Positions 50,393-63,700 of a DNA stretch of 64,000 bases are shown here, piece after piece. Source of the stretch: Podarcis melisellensis (taxonomy: Eukaryota). Position 1 is the first letter of the stretch. Each line of letters starts with the position of its first letter. Where the stretch lies: NCBI GenBank assembly GCA_964234715.1, contig OZ174280.1; one strand, given 5' to 3'. Made by a program: the position numbers and the translations under genes. The notes beneath the pieces were generated by a model. That model was not told where the DNA came from and did no database searches. It saw only the letters and a program-made list of their open reading frames with translations.

Positions 50393-51479
50393 CTGTTTGC
50401 GGAAAGAGGAAAAATTAATGCAGTTTTCTCTGAGAAAGAAGGAGCTATTTGTTGGAAGGATGAATGTGAGCAGATAAGGGAGATTCTTTTATGGTGGTGG
50501 TGGTCAAAGTGACCAAAGCAGGGAAGGCAAAGAGTGGCGGCAGAATAATTTAGCATATTGATTTTATCAAGAGACATACTGGGCTGCAGGCCAACCAGTT
50601 AAGATTTGTTGTTATATAGGGACTTGGAGGAAGGGCTCCACAAATGAAGCTTAATTGACATGGGGCTGGGGGCCCTAGTTTCTGGGAAATAAGATTCTGC
50701 TGTCTTTGAATCCTGTCTAAAACTTCCATCATTAATTTGACTTTTTAGCTTAAGGTGGCAGATAATGTTTAAAGGCGCATCCTGTATCATCATCTTCAGC
50801 GGCTGCTGTTAGGCATGGGGGGGGGGGAACCTCTCACTCTGCAGGGTAGGAGAAACTTGAAAGAACAGGGTACAGTTTGGAGTGTGTGTGAATCTGCACA
50901 GCTCCATAGATGTCAGTGGAGGTGATGTCAATGAAACATAACATAAAAGCTGGACTAACATTAAAAGAAACAAGCCCTGGATTGCTAGAAGCTCATTTTG
51001 GGAAAGGGTTAGCTCTCAGGTTTTATTTTGATTGTGAGCATAAATACCAAATGCCCTGGAAGCAAAAATACAATGTATTGTCTATTTCACTGGGGCTGCA
51101 TCTTATCTCGAACAATTTCCCAAGTGTGCCAAATGATCGCATTACAAAGCAGGAGCTCAGAGAAAGGAAGCCGGCAGCCGATACAGACTCGACACTAAGA
51201 TGGGTGCACTCTTGCCACATACTTCAACAGAAAGCACTCAAAAGATTTGCTCGGAAATAAGAACAGAGATCTTGGCAGTGCAATTGCATTTGCTTCTCTA
51301 GGAAAATGCTGCCCAGATAACATTCCATACAACTCTGGAATGTGCTTATGTCTTTCTGATTGCACTGTAAATCTAACTCCGTCTTAAAGACTGGCTGTCC
51401 CCCCCCCTTTCGTTGTCCCCCACCAACAAAATGGTTTTATGTTGTCAAATCCCTCTTCCTTCCCCTCCCTGCTTCCTAG

Positions 51480-52010
51480 TCCGACTCACCACTTTATGAC
51501 TTTTTGCCAATGGTAAATGTTATTAACTCTCCCTGAATGGGTAAAGCTGTGAGAGCAACTCCAGCAAATTAACAAAGCCGGTCAAATTAGATTAGCCACC
51601 ACTGAATGGGGCCTCCACAAAAGAGGAGACACTTCTTAGCTTCCAGCTTCATTACTGCTCGACCTGCCATGCTTCAAAACTTGGGTGTCATGTGCATGAA
51701 ACCACCCGTGGCTTTTAAAGTAGGAATTGATCTTCAAGAAAGGGAAAAATGCTAGGACAGGAACAATGAGAGGGGCAATTATTTTGCTCTTCTTGAGCCT
51801 TGGATGTGAAAACAGACTGGGGAACAATAGAAACAATAGAGTTTATTGTTCTCTATTCATGAGCTGTCATGTGACTCCCAATGGGCCACAATAGGGCCCA
51901 TTTCCTTTTGGAAATGACTTGAGATTCTCACACACTTTTAATGCGTTGTCATTTTGTGAAGGATGGCAATTGCACATTTATGGAGCTATTAACTGTGGGT
52001 TGATGAATTC
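51480..52010. promoter_or_regulatory. Candidate intronic enhancer (SOX plus Hox/Cdx motif cluster)
   Basis: AACAAT at 51762, 51823 and 51832; inverted TATTGTT at 51844; TTTATGA at 51493 and TTTATGG at 51977. Transposon-free block. Confidence 0.4.
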
Positions 52011-53786
52011 TTTATTTTCTAATATATACTGGTGAGTTTTGCCATATGCACATAAAATGTTTATTTAGGATTATATAGGCTGAGCAGAGACAAGGGAGAA
52101 ACATCTGGAATCAAGTCTATGTGGCTGATTTAAAATAATAGTCTCCCCCACCCCATCACCACCTCATCAAAATTCTATTCAGGGAAATCCTGTCTAAGCA
52201 AAGCAAGAACATCATGGGTTTTTTTTGCAGTGAAGCTGCATCTGTCCTAAAAGGCACATATTCCCCCAGGACTCATTAGGTCCTCTTGTATATGGTAAGA
52301 AATGGGGCACATTACAGTGGTAGATTCTGATCCTTTCAGCTGCCATCATTTAAGACACTCAACTAGAATTGGGGGAAATGTAAAAAGCAGACTGATGACC
52401 GTGAAACTTGGTGTTGGGATCGAAAATGGAAGGTTCACAGGATCTGCTTGGCACTTAGATAGTTTCTTATTTCTGAATATGAATATGGTGGACTAATATT
52501 CTGACTCCTTACAAGGTGGCTACAGATGGTTGTTTTTGTTGATGTGTCTGTGTGCGTTTTAAATGGGCCCTAGGCTTGAGGGTGGATGAATTTGCAAGCA
52601 AATTACGATCCAGGGCACATTGTTTGGCAGAGTGAGGTGGCCATCTTAGGTGGCAGGTGCTGGAGGTGGAGAGTGGCAGTGAGGTGTTGAAGGACAGAAC
52701 TGGGTCACATGGCCTGCCCTGGATCTTCTAAGCTAGCCTGCTAACCTCAGGTGCAGTGGAGAATATTGTCCTGTTAGCAGTAATAAAATAGCATTCATGG
52801 ATGAATGGATGAAAATATTTGTGTCTTTTTTTGCCATTTCTTATTAAAAAAAACCAAACCGAAGACACTCTTTTAGGAAACACAAGCATCTGATGACATC
52901 TCACCCCAAAGCCGCAACTGGGCTGTCTACCATTAAATTTAAACTTCAGATTCATTTTGAGAATTTCCTACAGCTCATTAAGAGCTACTTAAAATTTTAA
53001 CTATTAAAAATTTAGGAACACTTTCTTTTTTTAATTCAGGTTGCCTGAAATTTTAATATCTGCTTAATTTTTAATCTGAGCCCTGACATGCATAGGGAAA
53101 TGCAAAACCTGTTCTCTTAACAAATATGCAAAGATGTAGATTTCATATACTGTAATGGAGTAGCTCATTCTGCCCTCCACCACGTAATTATTAGCAGACA
53201 CATTCCAGCTTTTGGTTTTCTTTCTACGGATTTTTAAAAGGTGCAGGTTACATTGCAATATTTTTAAGTAGCCCCATTCTGTCTGCTTTGTGATGTATTG
53301 AGGGTGTACTTACAGGAATACACCACTATTACATTACAAGGTATGTCAAAATCATTCTCTAATTTTTTTTCTTTGCCTAATTAACAAGGAACTGAATTTG
53401 ATCTTCTTTCTGTTAAAAAAAATAAAAAATCTCCCAGCAAACGTAGTTTTACAACTTCTGCATCTCTTCTTGTCACATTGTAGCTGTATTGTTTTTTTTA
53501 AAAAAAAAACCCAAAACATTTACAGTGTGAAGTCTGACATTCTAGGAGATGATGACGGCACCTTGTCCCTAAGATTTACCCAGAATATAAAACACATAAA
53601 GTTAAAAGAATGAATTAGAGAAAGGATGGTGAATCTGTAGCTTTCCAGATGTTGTGGAAGTACAACTCCCGTCATCCATGGCAGTTGTATGCTGGCTGTG
53701 TTTGATAAGAACTAGAATACAACAACACCTAGTAGGGGGCACATGTTCCCCTGTTAGATGAAAGTTAAATTACCATGAATATAGGC

Positions 53787-53830
53787 AACCAAACCAAACC
53801 AAACCAAACCAAACCAAACCAAACCAAACC
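53787..53830. repeat. (AAACC)n pentanucleotide repeat
   Basis: Read directly from the sequence. Confidence 0.95.
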
Positions 53831-53959
53831 CAAAGACATCATTATTGTGCTTTTTGTCATCCTTCAGATGAGATGGGGAAATTTCTTTACATGAATGACC
53901 TTAAGTAAACTTATTTTAGGAGCTAAGATTGGTTTGTTATTGGCTTGTTTTGTTTTTGT

Positions 53960-54070
53960 TAGGTTTTTTAAAAAAATCTTGTATTTTGTGAACTGCCATG
54001 AGACCTATGGATGAAGGGCAGTATACAAATTTATAATGATGATGATGATGGTGATAATAATAAATTTAAT
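53960..54070 (+). mobile_element. L2-type 3' tail. Similar short - strand tails occur near 280-335, 1400-1455, 4060-4125, 8095-8160 and 21635-21660
   Basis: tgtgaactgccatgagacctatggatgaagggcagtatacaaat followed by (atg)/(aat) repeats. Confidence 0.6.
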
Positions 54071-55635
54071 TTTATTACGATGGGGGCATATTGCTGAAAA
54101 CAGCACAAGGGGCTTGCCCCAGTGGGGCAATTCAAACTACAGTGCTGTATTTCACAGTATGGGTTCAAAGCCCTGTATTTTAGGAATTGGAATCCATTTA
54201 CCTAGTCAGGGGCCACAGAAAACTACTTGACAGGTAGCATTCCATATGTGATCTGTTATCCCTTCATACACTCAGGTCCTTCTAACCTCTGACTGTGCTT
54301 TATATCTTCAGTGGTTTTAGATACATGACATTTCTCCCCCCTCCGCTCTCTTTTTCTACCTGATCACTTTTGTTTGTGTGATAATGAGTAGGTAATCATT
54401 ATAAAATGTATTCGTAGCTAAATGAGTAATGCACTTTTTTTACAATTTTCTGCATTAGAGTGAAGCTGCTTTTTCGAGCACTTATTAAGAAATGCTCACA
54501 AAGGGTAAAGGCAAACTGGTAGTTAAATTGAGGTGGGGAACGAAGCTCACATTAAGGGCACCATTTGTATAAGATACCACATGTAAAAGCACATGTAAAA
54601 GGAAATAAAGGCATAATATAAATGGACCATATTTGTAGGTCCTGAGTGGGGGAAAAATCAAGATAAAATAGTAAATGGAGAATAGCTTTTTAGCATTAGC
54701 AAAAAAGCAACATGACACAAAGATTCTGCTATTGAACAACAACTTCTAATTTGTGCCCATTATCTTGCCACTACATGTGGCACAAATAAATTGTTTTCCT
54801 TCTAGAAATGGGCTATATACTCAGCTTCATGACCTCAATGCATCATGCAACCTAGATTTACACTGAGGGGGGTGGGAGACAACCAAACATGATTAGCAGA
54901 CTCTAACACACGTCAGTAATGTAAATGGATTCTCCATGTGGAAGCAGGCTGCTTTTTTATTTTTCTTGGGTATCTACAGAGTTTTCTCCCTCAGAGTTAT
55001 ATGTGCATAGATCAAAAACCAATGCTTGATTAAAAATACCTAGACAACTTTTTAAAAATACTCAGGGTGGCATTTTTTTAAGGGGGCATTTCCTTAACTG
55101 AAATGAATAGCAAGTTCCTGGTTGAAGCAGTTACATGACAAGATTGCTGAGAAAGGTGAATCTGGGATTTAGTTTTATATCCATCCAGTCATGAGATGTT
55201 CAGTTTCTTTGTTTTGTTTTGCTCACCACAACCTCCCCCCTCCCCTTCTGAGGAAAATTTAACCATAAAAGTTATTAATGCTGCCACTAGTGTAGATATT
55301 TGTCTCCTGTTCATTATATTATTCCAGCCATGTATCAAACACGTTTCCTTGTCTTCGATCAGAGTTTGCAGATTTTACTGCTCTGTATGAAGATCTCCTT
55401 GTTGAACAGATGAGGGTACAGTCAGTTTTAGCTGTGCTGTTCAGCTGCTGACTGCGCTAACCATTATTGTAGTAGGTGTGCCTAAAGCCTCACTCCAGTA
55501 AATGATCTCCAATCCACATGGTGACCTAAGTTTCACCAGACATAGCCCCACCTGTTTGCATCGGACATGGAATGAGGCAAAGACCACCTGTCTTAGTGAC
55601 CTAAGGTATAACTTGACCCAGGACTATCCTGTATC

Positions 55636-55990
55636 TAGGGATAAACAAATCTGTCAATTCCAGCTTTTCTTCATTTCTCATTTTTTCCGGCCTTAAGTTC
55701 ATAGTACCATATTTCTGCGTGAATTTTTGGATTTTTTAAAAGTCCTCATGAAAATTCACAGGATTTTAGTAAACATTTTGTTTTCTGATGTAACGTTTTT
55801 ACAAGCAATTTTTCCATAGTGGTATGATATTTTCACTAATATATGCATTTTTATGTATACTGTCCGCTAATATACACATTTTTGTACACAGCATTTGATT
55901 GGTAGAGGTGCAGCACTAAATTTAGAGAAGTCTGAATTTCAAAGGATAGTTGCGATTTAGTTCTTTCAGGAAGCAAATTAAATAGGTTTT
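55636..55990. mobile_element. Same hAT family, truncated copy
   Basis: Starts tagggataaacaaatctgtcaatt and is colinear with 23414-23779. Confidence 0.7.
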
Positions 55991-56249
55991 CCTTAAAATG
56001 CAAAACTTTACCCCATTGTTTGTTGTTTTATAGACAATTTTCCACATACTTTTGACATTGCTAAAGAGCCAAATCAAGGAAAAGGAAATGGGCCTGTAGA
56101 GATAACACTCTGAATCTTTCAAGGTGAACTGTTGTAATAAAATCTCTTAGCTAGGATCCAAACCAAAGCATCACCGTGTGCACAGAAGCAGTTCTGTTTA
56201 CACACGAAGGTGCTTCAGGTATTCTGTTTTGTCAATTCCAGGGCATTCC

Positions 56250-56475
56250 CATTACTATTTATATGCTACCCATCTGACTGGGTTGCCCCAGCCACCCTGG
56301 GCAGCTTCCAACAAAATATTTAAACACGAAAAACCTCAAATATTAAACACCTCCTTGTACAGGGCTGCCTTCAGATGTCTTCTAAAAGCCAGATAGATGT
56401 TTATTTCCTTGACATCTGATGGGAGGGCATTCCATAGGGCGGGCGCAACTACCGAGAAATAACCTCTGCCTGGTT
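56250..56475 (-). mobile_element. L2 LINE 3' fragment, same family as 21983-22335
   Basis: Shares gctgccttcagatgtcttctaaaag...ttatttccttgacatctg...actaccgagaa with the 22 kb copy. Confidence 0.85.
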
Positions 56476-56694
56476 ATGTGTCTTTGAGAAAGAAGACTTC
56501 ATAAATTGAGTCGCACATGGAACAAGAAGTTCTTTACCAGCATTTCATTTCAACAAGGCACTGATAAACAATGTACCAGAACTTCTCTTGCACTCCTTTG
56601 ATATGGGTGTGGATTTGCCTGAGAGCTGGCATCATCAACTGGCATCTGTAAGAAGCTACTAGGGCCTCAACACCCTGGCGAGGCCCACATAAAA

Positions 56695-57085
56695 ATGTAT
56701 TCTTTTATTAATTAATTAAAATTATATCCCCTTCCTCCCAAAGGAGCCAAGGGTGGAAAACACATAAGCGATTAAACAATTAGAACATCCGAATACATAT
56801 TCAATAAAATTCCAACACAGATGCGAACTGGGAAAGACCTCTACTTAAAAGTCTTGCTGGCAGAGGAAGTTCTTTAGGAGGCACCAAAAAGGCAATGGTA
56901 CCTACATAATATTGATGGGGGGGGGGATTCCAGAGGGCAGGTGCCATGACACTAAAGGTGTGATTCCTATGTTGCGTGGAAAGGGACTTCCTGATAATAT
57001 GGTATCTGCTGCAGAAGGCAGCAGGATCTCCTGCAGGGGGCAATGATCAGTCGGATACATGATTGGGTGAGATGCTCTTTTCAGC
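56695..57085 (-). mobile_element. L2 LINE 3' fragment, a different subfamily
   Basis: RNHTFSVMAPALWN resembles the L2 RAFSVAAPxLWN motif. It is followed by a ccacccttggctcctttgggaggaagggga(taat)n-type 3' end. Confidence 0.75.
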
Positions 57086-58532
57086 CCTGAGCCAACTTTT
57101 CCCCCGCCCTGGTCCTGTGCTTTAACAGCAGCTCCATCTAGTTGCCATTTTAATTTCCTACAATGCTTCCTGGCATCACAGGGACGTTGTGGGCAGTTTA
57201 CATGGCAGATCCCAGCCAGTGCTGCTGCTTGGAGCAGTGCCAGAGGCCTGAAACATGGAGTTGCACAAACCAGGGTGCTCTTAGATTTGTATGCACGAGT
57301 ACACAGAACAGTCACAAAGAGCAATGAGTCCTCCCCTTAAATATATATTTTTTAATCCTCCTTTTCTCCTTTTAAATACTCTGACTTTTTCCTTTCCATT
57401 TCATTTCTCACGGTTTGTCAGGGAGGTTATGACACTTCAGCAGGTATTCTGTGAGAAATGGTCTGGGCCATTTATACTTTTCACAGTGGCTCCTTCCCCA
57501 TTCCTCAAGCTAGATAAGGAAACAAAAGAGCTATTGTTGCTTCCAATCACAAGCCAATGGAGGGGGGGGGACACGTACAGGTTTATAGACATTTGTTTTC
57601 GTTTTTGAAAAAGAAAATCTCATATCCCCTGTATACTGTTGTTAGATTAAGAGGAAAGGTAACAGGAATAATGGAGAGAATGTTTGCAGAAAAAACGGCA
57701 TTTTGCAGCACTCAGTGTTACAAACATCGGTGATTTTTAAGTTTAAGTTGCTATTTTTCAGATGCTAACTGAAATGAAACTATCACCATTCATTTACAAT
57801 TAAAAAAATCTTTGCCAGATGTCCCTGCTGATTCAGTTAATACGTGTATGGATTTTAATGACTGTGTAGAATTTCAATGTTTTCCTGGAAGCAACAGCAT
57901 TTCTATGTGATGACGTTTCAATAAAAAGGAATTAATATCTTTTGGGGTCTTTTGGGGGATAAAAGGTGTCTTTTCAGAATGCATCATTTGTGCATACTGC
58001 CATTTGTGCATTATTTTCAGCATTTTACTCAGAGCTGCCTTTTGCTTTGTGCATCCTGCCCCTGCAAAGTACTTAATACCTTTCCCAATATAGCATCCAG
58101 GTTCTGCAACTTCTTGCCTAGGGAAGCCCACCTTGTCCCTTCCCTGATGGCTTTTGGATGTAGTATGGGTCACAGCTAGGACCACAGCATGCAATGAAAG
58201 GAATTAGAGCTGTCTAATCGAGTTTGTGCAGCACATACGGAATGAAGGTATGGAAGAGAGCATTGGTACAGAAAGCCCAAAGGGAGCTCCCATGGTAGGT
58301 TCTCAGTTGTTCTCAGTTTTTCCTGGCAACAAGAGAGTTCACAGGCTGAGATGGTACGAATCATGTGTTAGTTGTTTTGTATTCCCAACAATACTAGTCC
58401 TTGATCAGATAGCGAGAAGTTGCCTCCTTATGCTCTGAGAAATAATAGCAGTTCAAGGACTAGGAGAAGGATTGGTTCATATTATCTGACAATCCTGCAT
58501 GCGGTGAAAGAATTTATGGGTTTCAGGAACAG

Positions 58533-58584
58533 GGAAGGAAGGAAGGAAGGAAGGAAGGAAGGAAGGAAGGAAGGAAGGAAGGAA
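58533..58584. repeat. (GGAA)n tetranucleotide repeat
   Basis: Read directly from the sequence. Confidence 0.95.
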
Positions 58585-59981
58585 AGAAGGAAAAAGAAGC
58601 AGTTCCATGTTGTGGATTTTAGAATGAGCTTCCCTCCCACTAATACATGTAGTGATGTTTGAAATGAGTCATCAATTGCTGAATAGAAAACACATACACT
58701 TGGCTCGTTGCAGGTCATATTGGGAAAATAATCTAAATGTGTCCTGCTTGGGGCAACAGATGCACAAGAGGCAAAACTGCAAGATTGCAAAGAGCAGGTG
58801 GCACCCATTCACAGGCTCAGGGCCAAACTTGACTAGAAATCAATTGCAAGTGTGGGAGCCCTGATCTGGACTGGGACCCTGGTGGCAGTGGGGAGGGGTA
58901 GAGAGGGGTTAACCTTTTGCCCCCTGCATTCCTGATGTAGAGGGGGGGGGGCTGTGCCTGCCATTTTGAGCTGTACATTTTGAATTCCTATTGCAGTCAA
59001 ATGGAAGTTTTCTCCTCAATGGAAATTGTACTTGTGGGGTCCTCTGTACAGACTGGGACTGTTACAGGAGAGTGGGGCCAAAGGGTTAAAACTACCTGCC
59101 TCCCACACCAGAGTCTTGAACAGGTTAGGGTCCTTGCAAATGGATGATGATGATGATGATTACTATTATGTGACTGGTAAATTAATCCAGTTGGATTAAT
59201 AATCTGTATCTTGAAAAAAAGAGTACTCTATCATGCTGGATTTTCTGACTGTAATAAACACCAGCATTTATTCCTCAACAGCTAAAGTACAAAAAAGATG
59301 TCTTTTGGAAACTGATAATAACCAGGTATATATTTTAACATACTTTCATTGCATTGCCTCTGGGTAAAGTTCTGTTCACTGTTCCCATTAACCTTTCTGG
59401 AGTATTTGACTTGGTTTTCAGTTATAACATCAACACCCTTTGCTTAAACTGATTTCATGGCATAAGAAGCGTTATTTTGTTCACAAGAGAGTGCAGTACA
59501 TTGAAAGCAGAAGTGTTCATCAGTGTTGCCCTCTTGACTGGTGTTAGTCCAATGTCATTTTAAAAGGAACCTGCGCTGCCTGGGTTGATTTGAAACAGAC
59601 ATTTGCTAGAGTGTTGGGCCGCGAAAACTGTGTCAAGTCTAGAATGAAAATGATCATCTAGTGCTTACGGGCAATCTATATCCTATGTATGGAGGATTCT
59701 TTGGGAATCAGAGTTGCCATTAGGCTGTCGTTAGAATTTTGAGACTGTCCATTTTGTGCTTTTTTTAAAGGAGACTTGCTACTCTTCATTGTTGCAGGTG
59801 CAAATTTGAATTTTGTGGCAAATGGGCCAAATGACGAGATTCTTAAATAGTGGGGGTGCATATTCTAAAGTATCCAAGAGCTTGGGGCATTTGCATAATA
59901 TGAATGCTTCCAGTTAGCTACAAGCTTCAAGAATGTTTCCAAAAGGAAGCACTCTCAGTGGTGTGTTGATGTGTGGGACAA

Positions 59982-60120
59982 TTGGTTAGTGGGAAAGCAC
60001 ACACAATGCACGTGGGAGGTCCATGGTTCAATTCCTATAGAGCAGTGGTGGCGAACCTTTTAGAGACCGAGTGCCCAAACTGCAATCCAAAACCCACTTA
60101 TTTCACACAAAGTGCCCTGA
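59982..60120 (+). mobile_element. tRNA-SINE head joined to a hAT-like terminus
   Basis: ggaggtccatggttcaattcc (B-box-like) followed by cagtggtggcgaacct...gagtgccc. Confidence 0.5.
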
Positions 60121-60646
60121 ATTGCTGAGCTTTTATTTGGGGGGGGGGGAGGGGGTTGCACACTGTTGTTGAACTTTCATTGAGGGGAATGCCGAGAGTT
60201 GTGGGGCTTTTTTTGAAGGGGGGATGTTAATCCTGGGCGGGATGGAACCATGCCCTGAGTTCATATATAAAGCAGCTCCCCATGATTCATACACAGGCAT
60301 GAATTAATGCAGCAGCTTTCCTGGTTTACTTCTGTGCGCGCACACACACACATACACACACACACACTTCTGAACATCTGCAACAAGACCACATTACCCC
60401 TTTCCCTAGCATAAGGTATGTTGGTTGGTTGCTTTCAAATAGATCTGAGATGAAGGTGGGGACTGGAGAAATGTCTGCTGATGTGACAAAGGCACTGATG
60501 CCACCCTAAAGATTAACATGTCTGAAGATGCAGTTGCATGTTAGACAAGGATCAAGGCACTGAAGTTAAAAGCTCGGGAGTCAATTATCTACATATTTAC
60601 CTGGAAGAGAAGTCCCACTGAATGTGGAATGGGCCTTACTTCCGAG

Positions 60647-61048
60647 TAGGGATGGGGAGAAATTCAATTCAGTTCACATATAACAGCAAATGTATCACAC
60701 CCACACTTTTTGAAACAGTATGAGAACCAAAACACAGCCATCCTTTAAAATTCACACTTCTCCAAATTTTGTGACGTAGAGCCCCAAACAATGTTTACAA
60801 AGAAAATATTAATGGAAATAACATACACAAGTGCACTGTTTTAAAATAATTGCTTGCAAAAGTGAGTTCGTTAGTCAAAACTGTGTACATAAATGTGTTT
60901 ATTCAGATAAATTCAAAGCAAAATACGGATCAATTCTAATGACACACCCCTCGCGCCTCAATTGTAAATTTCTGTAGAAATGCGAAGAATTGAATTTGGG
61001 GAAAGGAGAAATTGAGAGAAGAGAAACTGACAGATCCTTCCATTCCTA
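60647..61048. mobile_element. hAT non-autonomous element of about 400 bp, nested in a palindromic MITE
   Basis: TIRs tagggatgg / ccattccta and a degenerate 8-bp TSD cttccgag / cttctgaa. Confidence 0.8.
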
Positions 61049-62084
61049 CTTCTGAATGGGATTCATAGGGTTATTCAAGTTTCTTTTCTCCAAATTGACC
61101 CAGGGGGTGATATCTGTAACATGCAGTTATACATATGAATGCCATGATGGGACTCTACACCCACCAGCCCAGTTAATCAGGTAGGGAATATAAACACAGC
61201 AAACATAAAAGGATTTCTACTGTAAAAGGTATAAAAGCTCTAGGCCTGTCTCCCTGAAAAGCATGTAGCAGATCACCTCTAATAAAAGCAACTTCCTTTT
61301 CAAGCATATATCCTACATCCACGTAATATAAATATATACTCAGATAAAAGATAGTGTTTTAGTGCCACAACTCTTCCTTGGAGCAAAGTCAATGTTCACA
61401 CATTCAGCTTGAGGGGAACAGTTTTGTAGAGTCACAAACAACACAGGCCCTTCAAACTCTTCTGAGTGAAAATCAAATCTTATCATCCTTTTATTGAAGT
61501 GTCTGTTTGCTTTTTCCTTTCTTTTCTTGAAATGTGTGTCGTAGCAAAGGTAACTTGCAAAGGTAGCAAGATGAACATACACATGCTATTATAGTGCTTT
61601 AAACATCTAGCTGTTTTTTTTTAAAAGTTTCTTTTAAACTTAGGAGCAAAAAATAGTTGCAGGGATAGTAAGGAAATGCAGGCTGTGGCATGGGGGGTGA
61701 ATTGAAGCAGCAATACTTCAATGTTCTGGCTTAAACTAAGAACGCAGTAAAGTGTGTGCTTAACTTCAAAGTTTGTTGCATTGAGGTCAATGGTTTGTTT
61801 GAACAGTCTCCTAGTGATTGCTTTAAGGGGAAAAAATAAGAATATGATGCTCCCAATTAAAAATGCCTACCCTTCAAATAATATATAAAAGCATTGTCCT
61901 TGGCCAAAGTGTGTGCACACACAGTCATGTAATCCATAGCACCAATAATTGTTTCCGGAGAAGAGATGAATTGTGGGGACTGAAACTACCCTTCCTACTC
62001 TGTGCTCCTAAAATAGATAGGGACCATGGTTGCCAATTGCCTAAACCGGGGCTACATGGACATGACCCAGCAACCACATGCACC

Positions 62085-62200
62085 AATGTAAGGATGAGAT
62101 GTGCTGCTGAGCTCATGTTCTGCTTAGGGCTTCCTATGAGCATCTGGTTGGTCATTGTGGGAACAGAATGCTGGACTAGACTAGCCCATCAGGGCTCTTA
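62085..62200 (+). mobile_element. CR1 3' UTR fragment
   Basis: gcttcctatgagcatctggttggtcattgtgggaacagaatgctggactaga aligns by eye with about 1000-1130. Confidence 0.7.
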
Positions 62201-63133
62201 TTAAATTAGGAGATCTTATACTATTCCGCAACCAGCTAAGATTATACACATGGAAACCTGCATCCACATATATTTTCCCATTCACTGATAGATCATGCCT
62301 GCAGAATGTCTCAGGTTTGATCTTTTGTATCTCTAGGTAGGGTTCAAAAAGATTCCTTCTGGAAACTCTGGAGTGCTGCAGCTAGTGAATATAGACAAGT
62401 AATGAGTTAGAGGGACCAGTGAGCTCACTATTAAGGCATCTTCTCATGAGTATTCCTCTAGTGCAGTTAGGTTTGTTAGAAAAGCCCCACACTCCACTTT
62501 CCTGTGGTTCAGATATGTGTCTGCTTGATTAACTCTGTCAAAAGATGCTGCTTATGCAAATATCGCTGAAGAAATCTTCAGATGACTCTGTCAGCTATGT
62601 TTAGTGGTGGCGGTTTGTGTGTGTATGTGTGTGTGTTTAAATTCTAAACTCTACATGGTTGACTTGCGAGCTTATTTTCCAGATCACCGAGAGAAATGAG
62701 AGACTTTTTTTGACAGACACTGGCTAAAGCAGCTTAAAATCAGAGGCACTGGGTTTCTAAAGGAATATCTCTCCGAGAGCTATTGACCACATTTTCCACA
62801 GGTCATTGCTCAAGTGGTTGTTAGGCAGTGCGTTGGGACACAAAGTGTGTATGATGCTGCTTGCATGTTCTGTTGTGTATGCGGACCAGAAACGCCATTT
62901 TGGCACCCTTATGTAGTCATTTTGACAGACTACTTTATATTCTTCCAATTCAGCACATACCCCTACTATGCAAGCTAAAATATTTGGGTGTTGCTGTTTT
63001 TTGTTTTAAAAAAGTCACAGGTGCAAATGCAGGCACATATCACAGGGAGCTTCTGATTGGCTATGGCTCTCTGCAGTATATGCCCATGGGGGCAAATGTA
63101 AGAAGGGAAGCAGCCTTAATACTGAGGAATCCA

Positions 63134-63335
63134 TAGGAGGGTGCTTTACACCAGACCGCTCTGCATTTACCTAGCCCAGTAAGGTCTACTTTGACAGGCA
63201 ACAGCTCCCCAGGGTTTCCAAATGGAAAGCTTATACACCACCTTACACAATCATTAGACCTGGAGATGCCAGGGAGTGAACCAGGTATCTTTGCTATGTG
63301 GATCATGTGATCTACCACTGAGGCATGGCCCTAAC
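63134..63335 (-). mobile_element. tRNA-derived SINE, near full length. A + strand body fragment also lies at about 62330-62450
   Basis: ataggagggtgctttacacc...ctccccagggtttc...cctggagatgccagggagtgaaccagg...tctaccactgaggcatggccc. Confidence 0.7.
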
Positions 63336-63469
63336 CATAATTCAGGTTTGAATAGGTTTTGTTGACATGTGCAGCACATCACACTGCACATCACACTTTA
63401 GATGTGGGAAAGTTAAAAGTACAGTTTGTTTTTTAAGCAGTGTGCATGTTATAGTTAAAATGTCTAATA

Positions 63470-63700
63470 CAGTGGTACCTCTGGTTACGAACTTAATTCG
63501 TTCCAGAGGTCTGTTCTTAACCTGAAACCGTTCTTAACCTGAGGCACGCTTTCGCTAATGGGGCCTCCCTCTGCTGCCATGCCGCCGCCATGCAATTTCC
63601 TGGGGCAAAGTTCTCAACCTGAGGTAATACTTCCAGGTTAGCGGAGTTTGTAACCTGAAGTGTTTGTAATCTGAAGCATTTGTAACCCGAGGTACCACTG
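63470..63700. mobile_element. Same Tigger-like MITE family in the opposite orientation, 231 bp
   Basis: TIRs cagtggtacctc / gaggtaccactg, TA TSD, and internal taacctgaag repeats. Confidence 0.92.

Noticed and set aside
14522-60150. Frequent G8-G11 and C8-C11 homopolymer runs as a functional G-quadruplex array
   Set aside because: The runs are isolated and irregularly spaced, which fits slippage-derived simple repeats.
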